From the NCBI GenBank assembly GCA_963674825.1, contig OY771587.1, positions 160,001 through 224,000 on the forward strand: a DNA stretch of 64,000 bases, written 5' to 3'. Shown one piece after another: positions 29,901 through 39,432 of this stretch (position 1 is the stretch's first letter; each line of letters begins with the position of its first letter). The stretch comes from Candidatus Cloacimonadales bacterium (GTDB taxonomy: Bacteria > Cloacimonadota > Cloacimonadia > Cloacimonadales > JAIOQZ01). The translations under genes were made by a program, and so were the position numbers. Under the pieces are notes generated by a model. The model saw nothing but the letters and a program-made list of their open reading frames with translations, was not told the DNA's origin and made no database searches.

Positions 29901-31274
29901 ATGGAAACCATGATCAGAAACATGCAGGCGGTGGCTCGCTGGAATGAGGATATCCAGCGTCGTCTGCGCATCCAGAAATATCTGGATTATTACCGCAACC
30001 GGTGCGGAAATTACATCGCGGAGCGGATTGACGGGATGGTCGATACCGAGGAGGCCAAAGAGCTCAAGAAGTATATCGAGCACGACAACATCACTGAGCG
30101 TTTCATCGAGGAGATCAGCCTGGTGTTCGCAGAAAAGGTACGAATCACCGCGCGACGTCAGCAATCCGATGGACAGCTCGTTAATGACACCGACGCCCAG
30201 AAGCAGCTCGACCGGCTTTTGCGGCTCTCAAGATTCCAAGTAACCATGAAAGAAGTGGAGCGGCTCAGCAAGCTCATCTTCGATGTGGCGGTGTTACCGC
30301 AGGTTCGCGATGGCAAAATTGAGCTGGATATCATCACCGGCGACAAGGCATTTGTAGTACAGCAGGAGAAGAATCCGCTCATGGCTGAGCAATTCTACTA
30401 TCAGGTGGGAGTCCGGGAAAACACCGCACTTGCGGACCGCGTGGATGTATACCACTACTGGACATCCGAAGGCCGAAAATACCAATGCGAAATCATGCTC
30501 AACGGTCGTCCCGACCCGCAGAGCGTCCAGCACCTGAATCACATTCCTTACGATCACATGCCGGTCATCATGTTCCGCAGCTATCTGCCCATCGACGCAT
30601 TCTGGTACGACGGCGAGAACGCGATCGTAGAAAAGAATATCGCCATCGATCTCAAACGCACCGACCTCGCCATGGCGGAGGCATACAACATCCCACAGCT
30701 CCTAACCACAGGCACACGCGAGAATCAGGACCTCAAAAAAGGCCGCACCTTCAAGATCGATATCCCGCGCAACGACATGGGAGAGGCTGTCGGCGACGCT
30801 AAGTACCTTGCTCCAAAGGAGCCGCTCGAGGAGCTTAACGAGATGATCCTGAGCCGCATCGAGCAACTTGGATTGTCGAAGGGGCTCTCACGCTCGATGA
30901 TTACCGGAGCAAACGCATCTTCGGGGTACGAACTTGCGCTTTCGAAGTATGAGATTGTGGAGCGTAACCGCAGGCAGCGCGATTACTATTATGATTCGGT
31001 GGTGGAGCTGGTGCAGACGATGATCGTTACCGCCAACCGAGGACTTGGTTGGGAAATCCCGGAAGACCTGGTTCTGGGTGTCGATTTCGGCGAGATTCGC
31101 TTTGCAGTCTCTGACGAAGAGCGCGAAAAGACACGCCAGATGAAACTGGAAAATGGAACGGTATCGCGCATTGACCTGATGATGGAAGATAATCCGGAGC
31201 TTGATCGCCAAACGGCAATCGAAGAAGCGAAACGGATCGACGGAGAGAATTGGAAGTTCAGCGCGGTAAGTTGA
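29901..31274 (+). CDS. Phage portal protein (SPP1 gp6-like)
   Basis: 457 aa after terL; LDYYR, NITERFIEE, PVIMF, DAKYL, SSGYELAL, VDFGE, NPELD...EAKRI; RBS AAGGAGG. Confidence 0.8.
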   Translation: METMIRNMQAVARWNEDIQRRLRIQKYLDYYRNRCGNYIAERIDGMVDTEEAKELKKYIEHDNITERFIEEISLVFAEKVRITARRQQSDGQLVNDTDAQKQLDRLLRLSRFQVTMKEVERLSKLIFDVAVLPQVRDGKIELDIITGDKAFVVQQEKNPLMAEQFYYQVGVRENTALADRVDVYHYWTSEGRKYQCEIMLNGRPDPQSVQHLNHIPYDHMPVIMFRSYLPIDAFWYDGENAIVEKNIAIDLKRTDLAMAEAYNIPQLLTTGTRENQDLKKGRTFKIDIPRNDMGEAVGDAKYLAPKEPLEELNEMILSRIEQLGLSKGLSRSMITGANASSGYELALSKYEIVERNRRQRDYYYDSVVELVQTMIVTANRGLGWEIPEDLVLGVDFGEIRFAVSDEEREKTRQMKLENGTVSRIDLMMEDNPELDRQTAIEEAKRIDGENWKFSAVS

Positions 31275-32115
31275 CCATTACATCACCATATCCGTAATAT
31301 TGCTCGGACTCTTCCACTATGTAATAAATGACGCGCAGCAATTCGCCTGCTTCGGCATCGACGCCGGTCACAGAAACATTGTGGAAACCGGTAACAAGTT
31401 GGCTGTTCATGATCTCATGGACAACCTCGCCGTCTTGATCGACCAGAATCATGATGACACGTGCCGGAGCATTAATCGAAAAGCTGATGGTGAAGGAATC
31501 CTGGAAGCTATTCGGATAGGCTGGATAAACCCTTGGATACCCGGACGGATTCTGGTCCGTGCCGACTTCAATCGACGCGGGACCTGTTCTCTCCGGGTTT
31601 TCTTCATCCACTGAATAAGCGAGTAACCAGTAGTAATAGGTGAAGCCTTCCATCAAGTTTTCGTCGATATAGCGATAGGGACATGGCGTTGCCTGGTTTT
31701 CGGAAGCGATTATTTCTGATGTTATCCGATGGGATGATTCGAACTCCGGTTTTATGCTGCGATTCAAATGGTAACCGAGCATATCAACTTCATAGGTTGT
31801 CGTCCATTCCACAGCGAAATAGTCTTCGGATAGCGCCGTGACGCTGAAAGTATCGATATATGCATAACGATCGGGGCTAACAGGTACCACGCCTGACATG
31901 GTAGTCATGCGCCAGTCGAGGGTATCGACAGGAGTCTGGGGATCGCCGAAATCGTCGGTCTTGGTGTAGTAATAAAAATCACCAATATAAGCCTGGAAGT
32001 CATAGCCGTCGATATCCACCCAGTCCGATTGGGTGGTTGGGTTGGTCGAGTCGTCCTCACAGCCTGCCATCATTGCAAGCAGTACAACTATCACAAATAA
32101 GCCGATATACTTCAT
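31258..32115 (-). CDS. Lipoprotein with FN3-like and degenerate FlgD-Ig-like domains
   Basis: Lipobox MAGC; WTTTYE..GYHL..YYYWL; YPAYPNSF. Confidence 0.7.
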   Translation of the reverse strand: MKYIGLFVIVVLLAMMAGCEDDSTNPTTQSDWVDIDGYDFQAYIGDFYYYTKTDDFGDPQTPVDTLDWRMTTMSGVVPVSPDRYAYIDTFSVTALSEDYFAVEWTTTYEVDMLGYHLNRSIKPEFESSHRITSEIIASENQATPCPYRYIDENLMEGFTYYYWLLAYSVDEENPERTGPASIEVGTDQNPSGYPRVYPAYPNSFQDSFTISFSINAPARVIMILVDQDGEVVHEIMNSQLVTGFHNVSVTGVDAEAGELLRVIYYIVEESEQYYGYGDVMVNLPR

Positions 32116-32167
32116 GTCGTCCCCTCTATATTCGTGTGCTCAATAGATATCAGGAAAATATATGTAC

Positions 32168-34183
32168 TTAATACGCTATACGTTTCATTACCGCGCCGGA
32201 TTTGTCAAATAAAACCCATTCGCCGGTTTTTTTGCCATCAACATAAACGCCTTTCGCGTATAATCTACCCATCGAATCGATCAGCGACCACTCACCTTCG
32301 CGTTCACCATTGATGTATATTCCCTGCAGAACATTCCCATCCGGTGTACGCTCAATCCAGAAACCTTGCCGAAGCCCGTGCTCGAGATTTCCTTCCGCGA
32401 CAGGCTTGTTTGCACTACTGTAGTAGCTCCACTTGCCGTGCTTCTTGCCTGCGACATACATGCCAACCGCATAGTTATTATCCACGTAGGTTTCCAGCCA
32501 AATGCCATCTTTCTTGCCTGCCTTGTAGTCACCCTCGGCAACCACCGCTCCCGTTTCATCTAATAACTGCCAATGTCCCACCCGCAGACCGTGAATGATC
32601 GAACCTTTTTCCCATAGGTTTCGAGTCTTATCGAATCGCAGAAATTCACCGTCCGGCTTACCAGTATCGTACTTCTGCATGATCATCTGCGGTTCGAATG
32701 CCCACCAACCGATGCGGAGGCTATCATAAACCACACCTGTCTCGACTGAGCCATCAGCGTTTTCATAACAAGAAAGCCCCATTTGCTTATCATCCAGCCA
32801 TAACGCTGTCAGCATTGAATCGGCAATCGCGTCGTATTCTTTCCATACACCATTGCGCTTGCTATTATAGATCTTTCCCTCGCACCATGAGCTGTCGTCA
32901 TCCAAGCGATAGTAATAGCCGTAAACCGAACCGAGATCGTATTCAACTTCTGTCCGAACGGTACCATCCTGTAAGTAATAACTTGAAACACCCTGCTTCA
33001 ATCCGTTGCGATATGGGATCTTGCATAGCAATGTACTGTCGGGATAATATATGCTGGATTCACCTTCCAGAATGGAAGCATCATCTTGCAGCGCGATGTC
33101 ATCGAATGGCGTCCACATGCGATAATGATGCACTTCGCGAAGTGAACCTGATTCGTCGTAGATCAGGCTTTCGCCCACTTGCTGACCTTCTTCGAACTCG
33201 CATTGCTTCAGCAAGATTCCGTTTCGATTATACCAACGCCAGATACCCTGCCGGAGTCCTCCCCAGATGATACCTTCGCAATAGGAGCCATCAGACTGGT
33301 AATCGACCCACTGTCCACGCGGAACGCCTCGCTTGTACTCATGGAGCCAGATCAGTTTCCCGTTAGCATCACGAGCCATCCAGTTACCTTCACGGACGTC
33401 GTTGATATATTTTCCTCTAATGGTCGTATCATCATGCTGATATAAACGCCACACACCGTCTCGCCGGCCATGAAGATAGTCTCCCTCAGCGACCATGAAA
33501 TCGGTAGAATCCCATTCAGTCCAATAGCCCGTGCGAAGATCATTGTCGTACTCGCCCTCATCGCGGTTGCCCAGTTCGTCCCATTCCTTCCAGATGCCTT
33601 GCTTTCGCTCAAGACGGATCACACCTTCAGAGCGTTTCTTGCCGTCTGGATACCACATGATCCACTTTCCGTCGGCGAAGTTGTTTTTATATGCGCCCTT
33701 ACCTTCTGGTGTCCCGTCCGGGTACCACTTCTGCCAATCGCCGTTGAGTTTGCCATCGATATAAAAGCCCTCGCTGCTCTTGTTGCCATTATCGTGCCAG
33801 GTGATCCATACGCCATTCTGTTTGCCACCACGGAAAGCTCCCTGAGCTTGCTTCATCCCATTTTCATGGAAGAGTGTGACGGTCGTATCGGCAAAGGCAT
33901 CAGGGTCGATCGATTCAAGGCGGGTTTTCATGCGGAGGGTACCGTTGCGATAATAGTCGCTGACCAAGCCCTTCGGCTTGCCGTTCTCGTAATCCAGTAC
34001 GCGGTAGAAAACGCAATCTTCTTCGTGGCGTACTGGCTTCCAGTAGCGATCGAACATCTGCACCCAGCGACCAGTGCGTTTTCCACTGTCGTCCAATTTA
34101 TTGGGTGCGTCGGGGATCTCGGCAAATAGCTGGAAAACGGTGCAAAGCAGCAGAGCTGCGAGAAGAGGCACGCTATATCTCAT
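32168..34183 (-). CDS. Exported MORN-variant (YwqK-like) repeat protein
   Basis: Signal peptide and many G.W..W..NG....EG.Y repeats. Confidence 0.82.
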   Translation of the reverse strand: MRYSVPLLAALLLCTVFQLFAEIPDAPNKLDDSGKRTGRWVQMFDRYWKPVRHEEDCVFYRVLDYENGKPKGLVSDYYRNGTLRMKTRLESIDPDAFADTTVTLFHENGMKQAQGAFRGGKQNGVWITWHDNGNKSSEGFYIDGKLNGDWQKWYPDGTPEGKGAYKNNFADGKWIMWYPDGKKRSEGVIRLERKQGIWKEWDELGNRDEGEYDNDLRTGYWTEWDSTDFMVAEGDYLHGRRDGVWRLYQHDDTTIRGKYINDVREGNWMARDANGKLIWLHEYKRGVPRGQWVDYQSDGSYCEGIIWGGLRQGIWRWYNRNGILLKQCEFEEGQQVGESLIYDESGSLREVHHYRMWTPFDDIALQDDASILEGESSIYYPDSTLLCKIPYRNGLKQGVSSYYLQDGTVRTEVEYDLGSVYGYYYRLDDDSSWCEGKIYNSKRNGVWKEYDAIADSMLTALWLDDKQMGLSCYENADGSVETGVVYDSLRIGWWAFEPQMIMQKYDTGKPDGEFLRFDKTRNLWEKGSIIHGLRVGHWQLLDETGAVVAEGDYKAGKKDGIWLETYVDNNYAVGMYVAGKKHGKWSYYSSANKPVAEGNLEHGLRQGFWIERTPDGNVLQGIYINGEREGEWSLIDSMGRLYAKGVYVDGKKTGEWVLFDKSGAVMKRIAY

Positions 34184-34190
34184 GAGTGGT

Positions 34191-34763
34191 TCAGAAGGCC
34201 AGTCCAGCGGTTATCTGCAGACCTGCGATATCAATGTTCTCTGCATCATTCCAATAGTGGACGTTTTCGTTGTAATAGAAACGGGTGAACATGTATTTGG
34301 CCTGCACACGTAAAATGGATGTCTGGAATCCTAACACGAAATGGAAGCCGATCGTGTTGCTGGTGGCAGTGCTGCTACCTTCAGAGTTACCGCCCTTCCA
34401 GACGGCATGCTCTCGCTGGAAATAATAACCCGAGCCCATACCGGAATACACGAAAGAACCACCGAGATACGAACGCACAAGGATGGTTGTGGTCAGTGGA
34501 ATCAATCTGTACTCGTAGTCGATTACACCGAAATTTTCGTCGCGATACTTCGAATTCTCCGCGAAAATATAATCAATGCATATTTCAGTTCCATACCCGT
34601 TTTCGCCCCAGTTGCGTACTTCCATTCCTGCCGAAAAGACGTCGTCGTATGCATTGTCGAAATGGTGCTGCGGGAGCATATAGCCCACGTGGAAGCCGAC
34701 CAGGCCATGCAGCGCGGTAAGAAATCCGAGAGTGAACACAAGGAAAACAATCCGCATCTTCAT
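34191..34763 (-). CDS. Small outer-membrane beta-barrel protein
   Basis: Signal peptide, amphipathic strands, terminal Phe (AGLAF). Confidence 0.7.
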   Translation of the reverse strand: MKMRIVFLVFTLGFLTALHGLVGFHVGYMLPQHHFDNAYDDVFSAGMEVRNWGENGYGTEICIDYIFAENSKYRDENFGVIDYEYRLIPLTTTILVRSYLGGSFVYSGMGSGYYFQREHAVWKGGNSEGSSTATSNTIGFHFVLGFQTSILRVQAKYMFTRFYYNENVHYWNDAENIDIAGLQITAGLAF

Positions 34764-35371
34764 ATCATATCCTCAAGCGATTTCGGTTCTTCGGACTTAT
34801 CAACTGGAACATCCGTTACGGGGTGAATCATTATCGATTCCGAGAGGATGCGCCATCCGTAAGGTGTTTGGATAACCTTATCTATGGAGAGCAGGTATTT
34901 TTTGCTCTCACAGGCTAGACGGATATTCAGCTTATAGATGGGCTGATGATCAAAATCCTCTTCTGTAAATAGCGACTCGACTTTTAATACTGTGGCGGCA
35001 TGCCAGTCGATCCCAAGCTTGTTCTGCCCCAAATTGAGAAGCGTCCAGAACTCTGTCTCAAAAGTTTCGTCTAGGTGTTTTACGTACTGCTGAAGTACTA
35101 CAACCTGCTCATCGTACTCTCTCTTCTCGCTGCGGTTGAGATTGCGATAGTGCTCATCAAGCTTACGCTGCATTATGATGCGATGCAACTCGATATCGGA
35201 GAGCAGATTGCCTTTCATCGCGGTGTAGTCACTCGTAGCCAGCGCACTCAAGATCGATTCTGCTAGCTCATCGGCCGTGATATTACGCGGCTCCAGGTTT
35301 GCATCCCGTTGCACGCAACCAGCTATAAGAAGGACTAATAAAAGTATGTTCAGATAGATTGTTTTTTGCAT
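34760..35371 (-). CDS. Hypothetical lipoprotein
   Basis: Lipobox IAGC; coupled to neighbours. Start 35371 or 35377. Confidence 0.65.
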   Translation of the reverse strand: MQKTIYLNILLLVLLIAGCVQRDANLEPRNITADELAESILSALATSDYTAMKGNLLSDIELHRIIMQRKLDEHYRNLNRSEKREYDEQVVVLQQYVKHLDETFETEFWTLLNLGQNKLGIDWHAATVLKVESLFTEEDFDHQPIYKLNIRLACESKKYLLSIDKVIQTPYGWRILSESIMIHPVTDVPVDKSEEPKSLEDMI

Positions 35372-35373
35372 AG

Positions 35374-35748
35374 TCACTCTTTCATTTGCCTTTGAAAATA
35401 GTATTTCTCACCCATCGAATTGGTGATTTCCATCTCGTCGCGACGCAAGAAAAGATAGTCCATCTGCTCCGTTGGTTTTTCCTTGGGATTGAAAATGATC
35501 GATTTGTGGTCGAATCGATAGATTCCGGTATTCTCTTCTCGCATGATCGTACCTTCCGCTTCCGACTGCACCAGCATGGTGTAAGTACCGTCTTCGCGGA
35601 GATCAAACCGGATCAGGTCGCCGTTCTGGCGTGGGCTCTCCCATACCCAGACACCGTAGATAGGGCGTTCCGATATTGCGGGAGGTTCCTTCGCACATGC
35701 GGCAAAAAGAATCAGTGTAAGTAACATCAGAGAAATGTGAAGCTTCAT
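35374..35748 (-). CDS. Lipoprotein, lipocalin-like
   Basis: Lipobox FAAC, IYGVW, DGTY. Confidence 0.65.
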   Translation of the reverse strand: MKLHISLMLLTLILFAACAKEPPAISERPIYGVWVWESPRQNGDLIRFDLREDGTYTMLVQSEAEGTIMREENTGIYRFDHKSIIFNPKEKPTEQMDYLFLRRDEMEITNSMGEKYYFQRQMKE

Positions 35749-36206
35749 CGTGCCTTTCCAACCACTCCTTTTGCCCAGTCGATCACCTCCGAGGGATCTT
35801 TCATCGGAGTCTTGACGCTGATTGTGTCCAGAATACGGGCATTGGGGAAATTTCGCTGCATCTGCTCAAGCGATTTACCGGGATCGTTGCCACAAGTACA
35901 GAACAGTGCTACATTTCTACCAGCCAGAGGAAACGAATTCGCCAGAGAATTCATCCACGGCGCTGCATGACCGACCCAAACCGGACAGCCAACAAAGATC
36001 AGGTCATATTCAGCCGGTTCCACATTGAGCGGATCAATCTTTGGACTTGCTTTAAATACAGCCTGGAAAGCTCCGATAGGCAGGATGACTTTCTTATTGC
36101 CTATGGGCTGAATCCTTACGATATCAGCATTTACAGTAGAACCAATTGTATTGGCAACCGCTTCCGTGTTGCCGCCAACCGAGAAGTATAGAACAAGTGA
36201 TTTCAT
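35745..36206 (-). CDS. Flavodoxin family protein
   Basis: YFSVGGNTEAVA, YDLIFVGCPVW, FCTCG; RBS GGAGG. Confidence 0.88.
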   Translation of the reverse strand: MKSLVLYFSVGGNTEAVANTIGSTVNADIVRIQPIGNKKVILPIGAFQAVFKASPKIDPLNVEPAEYDLIFVGCPVWVGHAAPWMNSLANSFPLAGRNVALFCTCGNDPGKSLEQMQRNFPNARILDTISVKTPMKDPSEVIDWAKGVVGKAR

Positions 36207-36469
36207 GCTCAACCTCCTTGATAGCCGCAATTTATGAGCTATACAAATGTTGTCAATCAAAGAGTAGTACGAATGCGCTCGAAATCAGCGGTCCCCGTCG
36301 AACCTCGCTTTGTAACGGAATTTGCTTTGGCGCTGAAACCAGAACGCATCTTGCATCGAATCAGATTTTCTCCGCATGAGGATATCGAGCCATGGATGAG
36401 GCAAATTCCTTTCCAAAGCGGTTTCTCCGATCCCACCCACCCGCTGTACGAGCGCATCCTCCCGGGTGA

Positions 36470-36496
36470 TTAGCAGTCTTTGCGCATGAGTGCTAA
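36470..36496 (+). promoter_or_regulatory. CIRCE element (HrcA operator)
   Basis: TTAGCAGTC-N9-GAGTGCTAA, one mismatch to consensus, 8 bp upstream of TTGACA (36505) in front of two Hsp20 genes. Confidence 0.85.
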
Positions 36497-36579
36497 AAAA
36501 ATATTTGACATCCATAGCGCCTTCGAATAATTTATCCATAAACGATCAACATCCGGTTCGCCGGATAAGGAGGAAAACG

Positions 36580-37011
36580 ATGATACTCATACCGAAAAAG
36601 GTTATGACAGAACGAGATCCGATTTCGATGCTGCCCTTGTACGACCGGTATGCCAGAGGGTTTTTCAACGAACTGAATCCAGAAAAGAATTCCCGCACGC
36701 TGCCCATGGACATCATCGAACGTGACGACAGCTATGTGATCATGGCAAACCTGCCTGGGTTCGACAAGCAGGAGGTCAAACTGACCACCCGTAAAGACCA
36801 CCTCATCATCGAGGCGAAGATAGCTGAGCAGGAAAAAGCCGACGACATGAAAGTGCGCTATTCGGAGCGCTTCAACGGAAGCTATTCCCGCGCCGTGCAC
36901 CTGCCCGAAACCATTGATCGCGAGAATATCAAGGCATCCATGGAAGACGGCGTTTTGATGATCAACATACCCAAGAACAGCAATAACAAGAAAGAAATCG
37001 TGGTGGAATAA
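36580..37011 (+). CDS. Small heat-shock protein, Hsp20 family
   Basis: MDIIE, ANLPG, ERFNGSYSR, LPE, DGVLMINIPK. Confidence 0.92.
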   Translation: MILIPKKVMTERDPISMLPLYDRYARGFFNELNPEKNSRTLPMDIIERDDSYVIMANLPGFDKQEVKLTTRKDHLIIEAKIAEQEKADDMKVRYSERFNGSYSRAVHLPETIDRENIKASMEDGVLMINIPKNSNNKKEIVVE

Positions 37012-37024
37012 AAAGGAGGACGCG

Positions 37025-37432
37025 ATGAGACTCTTACGAAGAGACAGTGACTGGTCGCTTTTCGACGACTTTCTCAACAGCTTCACCAACGACCGGATAT
37101 CTCACGACAGCCGACTCATGGCAGTGGATGTTCTGGAAAATGACGAGCGATTCCTGATTAAGGCGAACCTGCCCGGTGTGAAGCGCGAAAATTTGAAGAT
37201 CACCATCAAGGCAAACGAGCTCTTGCTCGAGTCATGTCCTGATGCGGCCCAGACCGAGGACAAGCAGATCGTTCACATGAAAGAACGCTACGACGGCTGC
37301 TACCAACGCGTGATCAAGCTGCCGGAGAATTGCGACGCGGACGCGATCAAGGCCAACCTCAAGAACGGCGTCCTGACGATCAGCATCCCGAAAGCCGAAC
37401 CGAAGCCCGATAAGACCATTACCATCGAGTAA
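37025..37432 (+). CDS. Small heat-shock protein, Hsp20 family
   Basis: VDVLE, ANLPG, ERYDGCYQR, NGVLTISIPK. Confidence 0.92.
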   Translation: MRLLRRDSDWSLFDDFLNSFTNDRISHDSRLMAVDVLENDERFLIKANLPGVKRENLKITIKANELLLESCPDAAQTEDKQIVHMKERYDGCYQRVIKLPENCDADAIKANLKNGVLTISIPKAEPKPDKTITIE

Positions 37433-37466
37433 CCCAGCCGGCATCGTCCGGTGACGAAATAGATAC

Positions 37467-37496
37467 AAGCCACCTTCATCCGAGGGTGGCTTTTTT
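37467..37496 (+). terminator. Intrinsic terminator
   Basis: AAGCCACCTTC-ATCC-GAGGGTGGCTTTTTT. Confidence 0.8.
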
Positions 37497-37810
37497 CCTG
37501 GGTACGCAGAGCTCCAGCTCTGCATCTCCTTGCTCTCATGGATCGCCAAGCCCCAGCTTGGCATCCCTATTTCTTCCTCAATAATCCACAATCCATGAAA
37601 TCAACATTTGGAAGATGATTTCATGGGAAACGGGCAATCACAGTGGATTGCCCCGACAGCTCTCCCTGGGTACGCAGAGCTCCAGCTCTGCATTCTCTTT
37701 TCCCTTACCCTCACCCCGACCCTCTCCCACAAGTGGGCGAGGGAGCTAGGAGGAATCGCCATTCTGCGTGTACCCTCTTCCCGCTTGCGGGAGAGGGACA
37801 GGGTGAGGGT
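37497..37810. repeat. Composite REP-like cluster 3
   Basis: Two CCTGGGTACGCAGAGCTCCAGCTCTGCAT copies; TGGATCGCCAAGCCCCAGCTTGGCA identical to 24997-25021; the ~70-bp unit at 37592-37660; a CCCTCACCCC..CCCTCTCCC / GGGAGAGGG..GGGTGAGGG palindrome. Confidence 0.85.
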
Positions 37811-37812
37811 TT

Positions 37813-39432
37813 CTATTTCAATAACGTCACCTTCTGTGTTCTGAGCGTCTTATCTCCTGCATTCAGTTTACAGAAGTAAATGCCGCTCGAAAAGTCTTCG
37901 GCGTTCCAGGAGATGGATGAGGGAAACCCCCTTTTATTCCCCCTTATCAGGGGGATAGGGACTGAGTCCACCTTTTGCCCTCGTATATTATAGATTTCTA
38001 TCGTCAAATCGTGGTATTCGGTATCCGTCTTGATCTCGAACGACACCTCCGGATTAAACGGATTCGGATAGGCATTGAATGTGATATCCGCTGGTGGCAC
38101 TGTTTCGTCATCGACCGGATCGGGGTCCAGTTCTTCCAAATCCTCGTGTCCACCATATACATAGACATCACCCCAGTTGTTCGGATAGGTTGAGCTTTCT
38201 CCATAAGCGCCTACAGCGATATCGTCATAACCATCGTTGTTAAAATCACCTACGGCATTGCATGCTCCATATCCGTAATGACCATTTTGTTCATCGTAGT
38301 CTTTGGTTCCATTCTGATTGCCTATATAAAAATACAGGAAACCACAATAGCCAACCATGCTGTAGCTATCAACTAGATCCGTTTTCCCATCTCCATTCAA
38401 ATCTCCACTATGTGGATGAAAACCATTGTAATTATCGATATACGTGTATCGATCCCAGTCGATGGTCTCGCCTCCGCGCCATAATCGGCAGCCTAAGGCT
38501 TCATTTTCCTCACTTACATCGCAGCCTGTAAAAGCAAAATCATCGTAACCATCACCATCCCAGTCACCTGCCGGCATTAACTCGAACCAACTGTTAATAT
38601 TGATCTGGTAGTTAAAAGCTGCATCCGGGATTGAATCTTGAACCGTATTGCCCCAGAAAAAACGATTATAATGGAAAAAGGTAACCGTTTCATCCGGTTG
38701 CTGTACCGGTTGTCCCTCATAATAGTAACTGAAGTCGTCATAGCCGTCGTTATTTACATCTCCCAATCCTCGGAATCCACGCCCGTTGCGTGTATAAATA
38801 CCATCAGCAAAAACCACTTTCTCAAAGCTACCACCGTAGATGATCGAGTAGGTAAGCCAGCCTGGATAATCATATTCAGTTACACCCGCGTCGTCGTACC
38901 CGTCGCCGTTGATATCGCCGAGAGGGTGGATTTCACAGGTTGATGAATTAGTCTGAAAGGAATAATCTTGAATTGTATCGTTTATGGTACTGCCTAAAAG
39001 AATTCCGATAAAATTATTAAAAGTGTAATTCCCATCATTCGTGCCATATGCATGGCGAAATCCCAATTCATCGCAATTATCACCGTTCATATCACCAAGA
39101 TTATCCAGAAATATCCATGAATCAATGTATGTTTTACTTGTATCAATGGGGGTGGAGATTGTGATATCTGAAGTATCTGCCAAACCGTCATTAGAGCCGA
39201 AATAAATATATAATCGCCCCCGCTGATTCGTATGCTCCTCATCGATGTGGTAACGGTAAGCTGTCACTGCCAGATCGTCAATGTTGTCACCGTTGAAATC
39301 AAGAGCTACGACATTCATTCCAAAATTGTCGTTGGCTTGTTCGCCGTGTTGTTCCCATACCACTTCGAGTTCGTTGTCGGCGTATAGAAGCGCGCTAACG
39401 GTGAGCAAGATGGATATAATGAGGTATCTCAT
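37813..39432 (-). CDS. Secreted FG-GAP repeat protein with FlgD-Ig/T9SS-like tail
   Basis: Signal peptide; repeated GD.NGDG.DD; NAYPNPFNP...TLLK. Confidence 0.88.
   Translation of the reverse strand: MRYLIISILLTVSALLYADNELEVVWEQHGEQANDNFGMNVVALDFNGDNIDDLAVTAYRYHIDEEHTNQRGRLYIYFGSNDGLADTSDITISTPIDTSKTYIDSWIFLDNLGDMNGDNCDELGFRHAYGTNDGNYTFNNFIGILLGSTINDTIQDYSFQTNSSTCEIHPLGDINGDGYDDAGVTEYDYPGWLTYSIIYGGSFEKVVFADGIYTRNGRGFRGLGDVNNDGYDDFSYYYEGQPVQQPDETVTFFHYNRFFWGNTVQDSIPDAAFNYQININSWFELMPAGDWDGDGYDDFAFTGCDVSEENEALGCRLWRGGETIDWDRYTYIDNYNGFHPHSGDLNGDGKTDLVDSYSMVGYCGFLYFYIGNQNGTKDYDEQNGHYGYGACNAVGDFNNDGYDDIAVGAYGESSTYPNNWGDVYVYGGHEDLEELDPDPVDDETVPPADITFNAYPNPFNPEVSFEIKTDTEYHDLTIEIYNIRGQKVDSVPIPLIRGNKRGFPSSISWNAEDFSSGIYFCKLNAGDKTLRTQKVTLLK

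Noticed and set aside
27941..31274. Complete prophage or PICI
   Set aside because: No integrase, repressor, replication, capsid, tail or lysis genes, and no att repeats seen.
36234..36473. Small ORF between flavodoxin and the Hsp20 genes
   Set aside because: No RBS or recognisable motif; overlaps promoter and CIRCE DNA.
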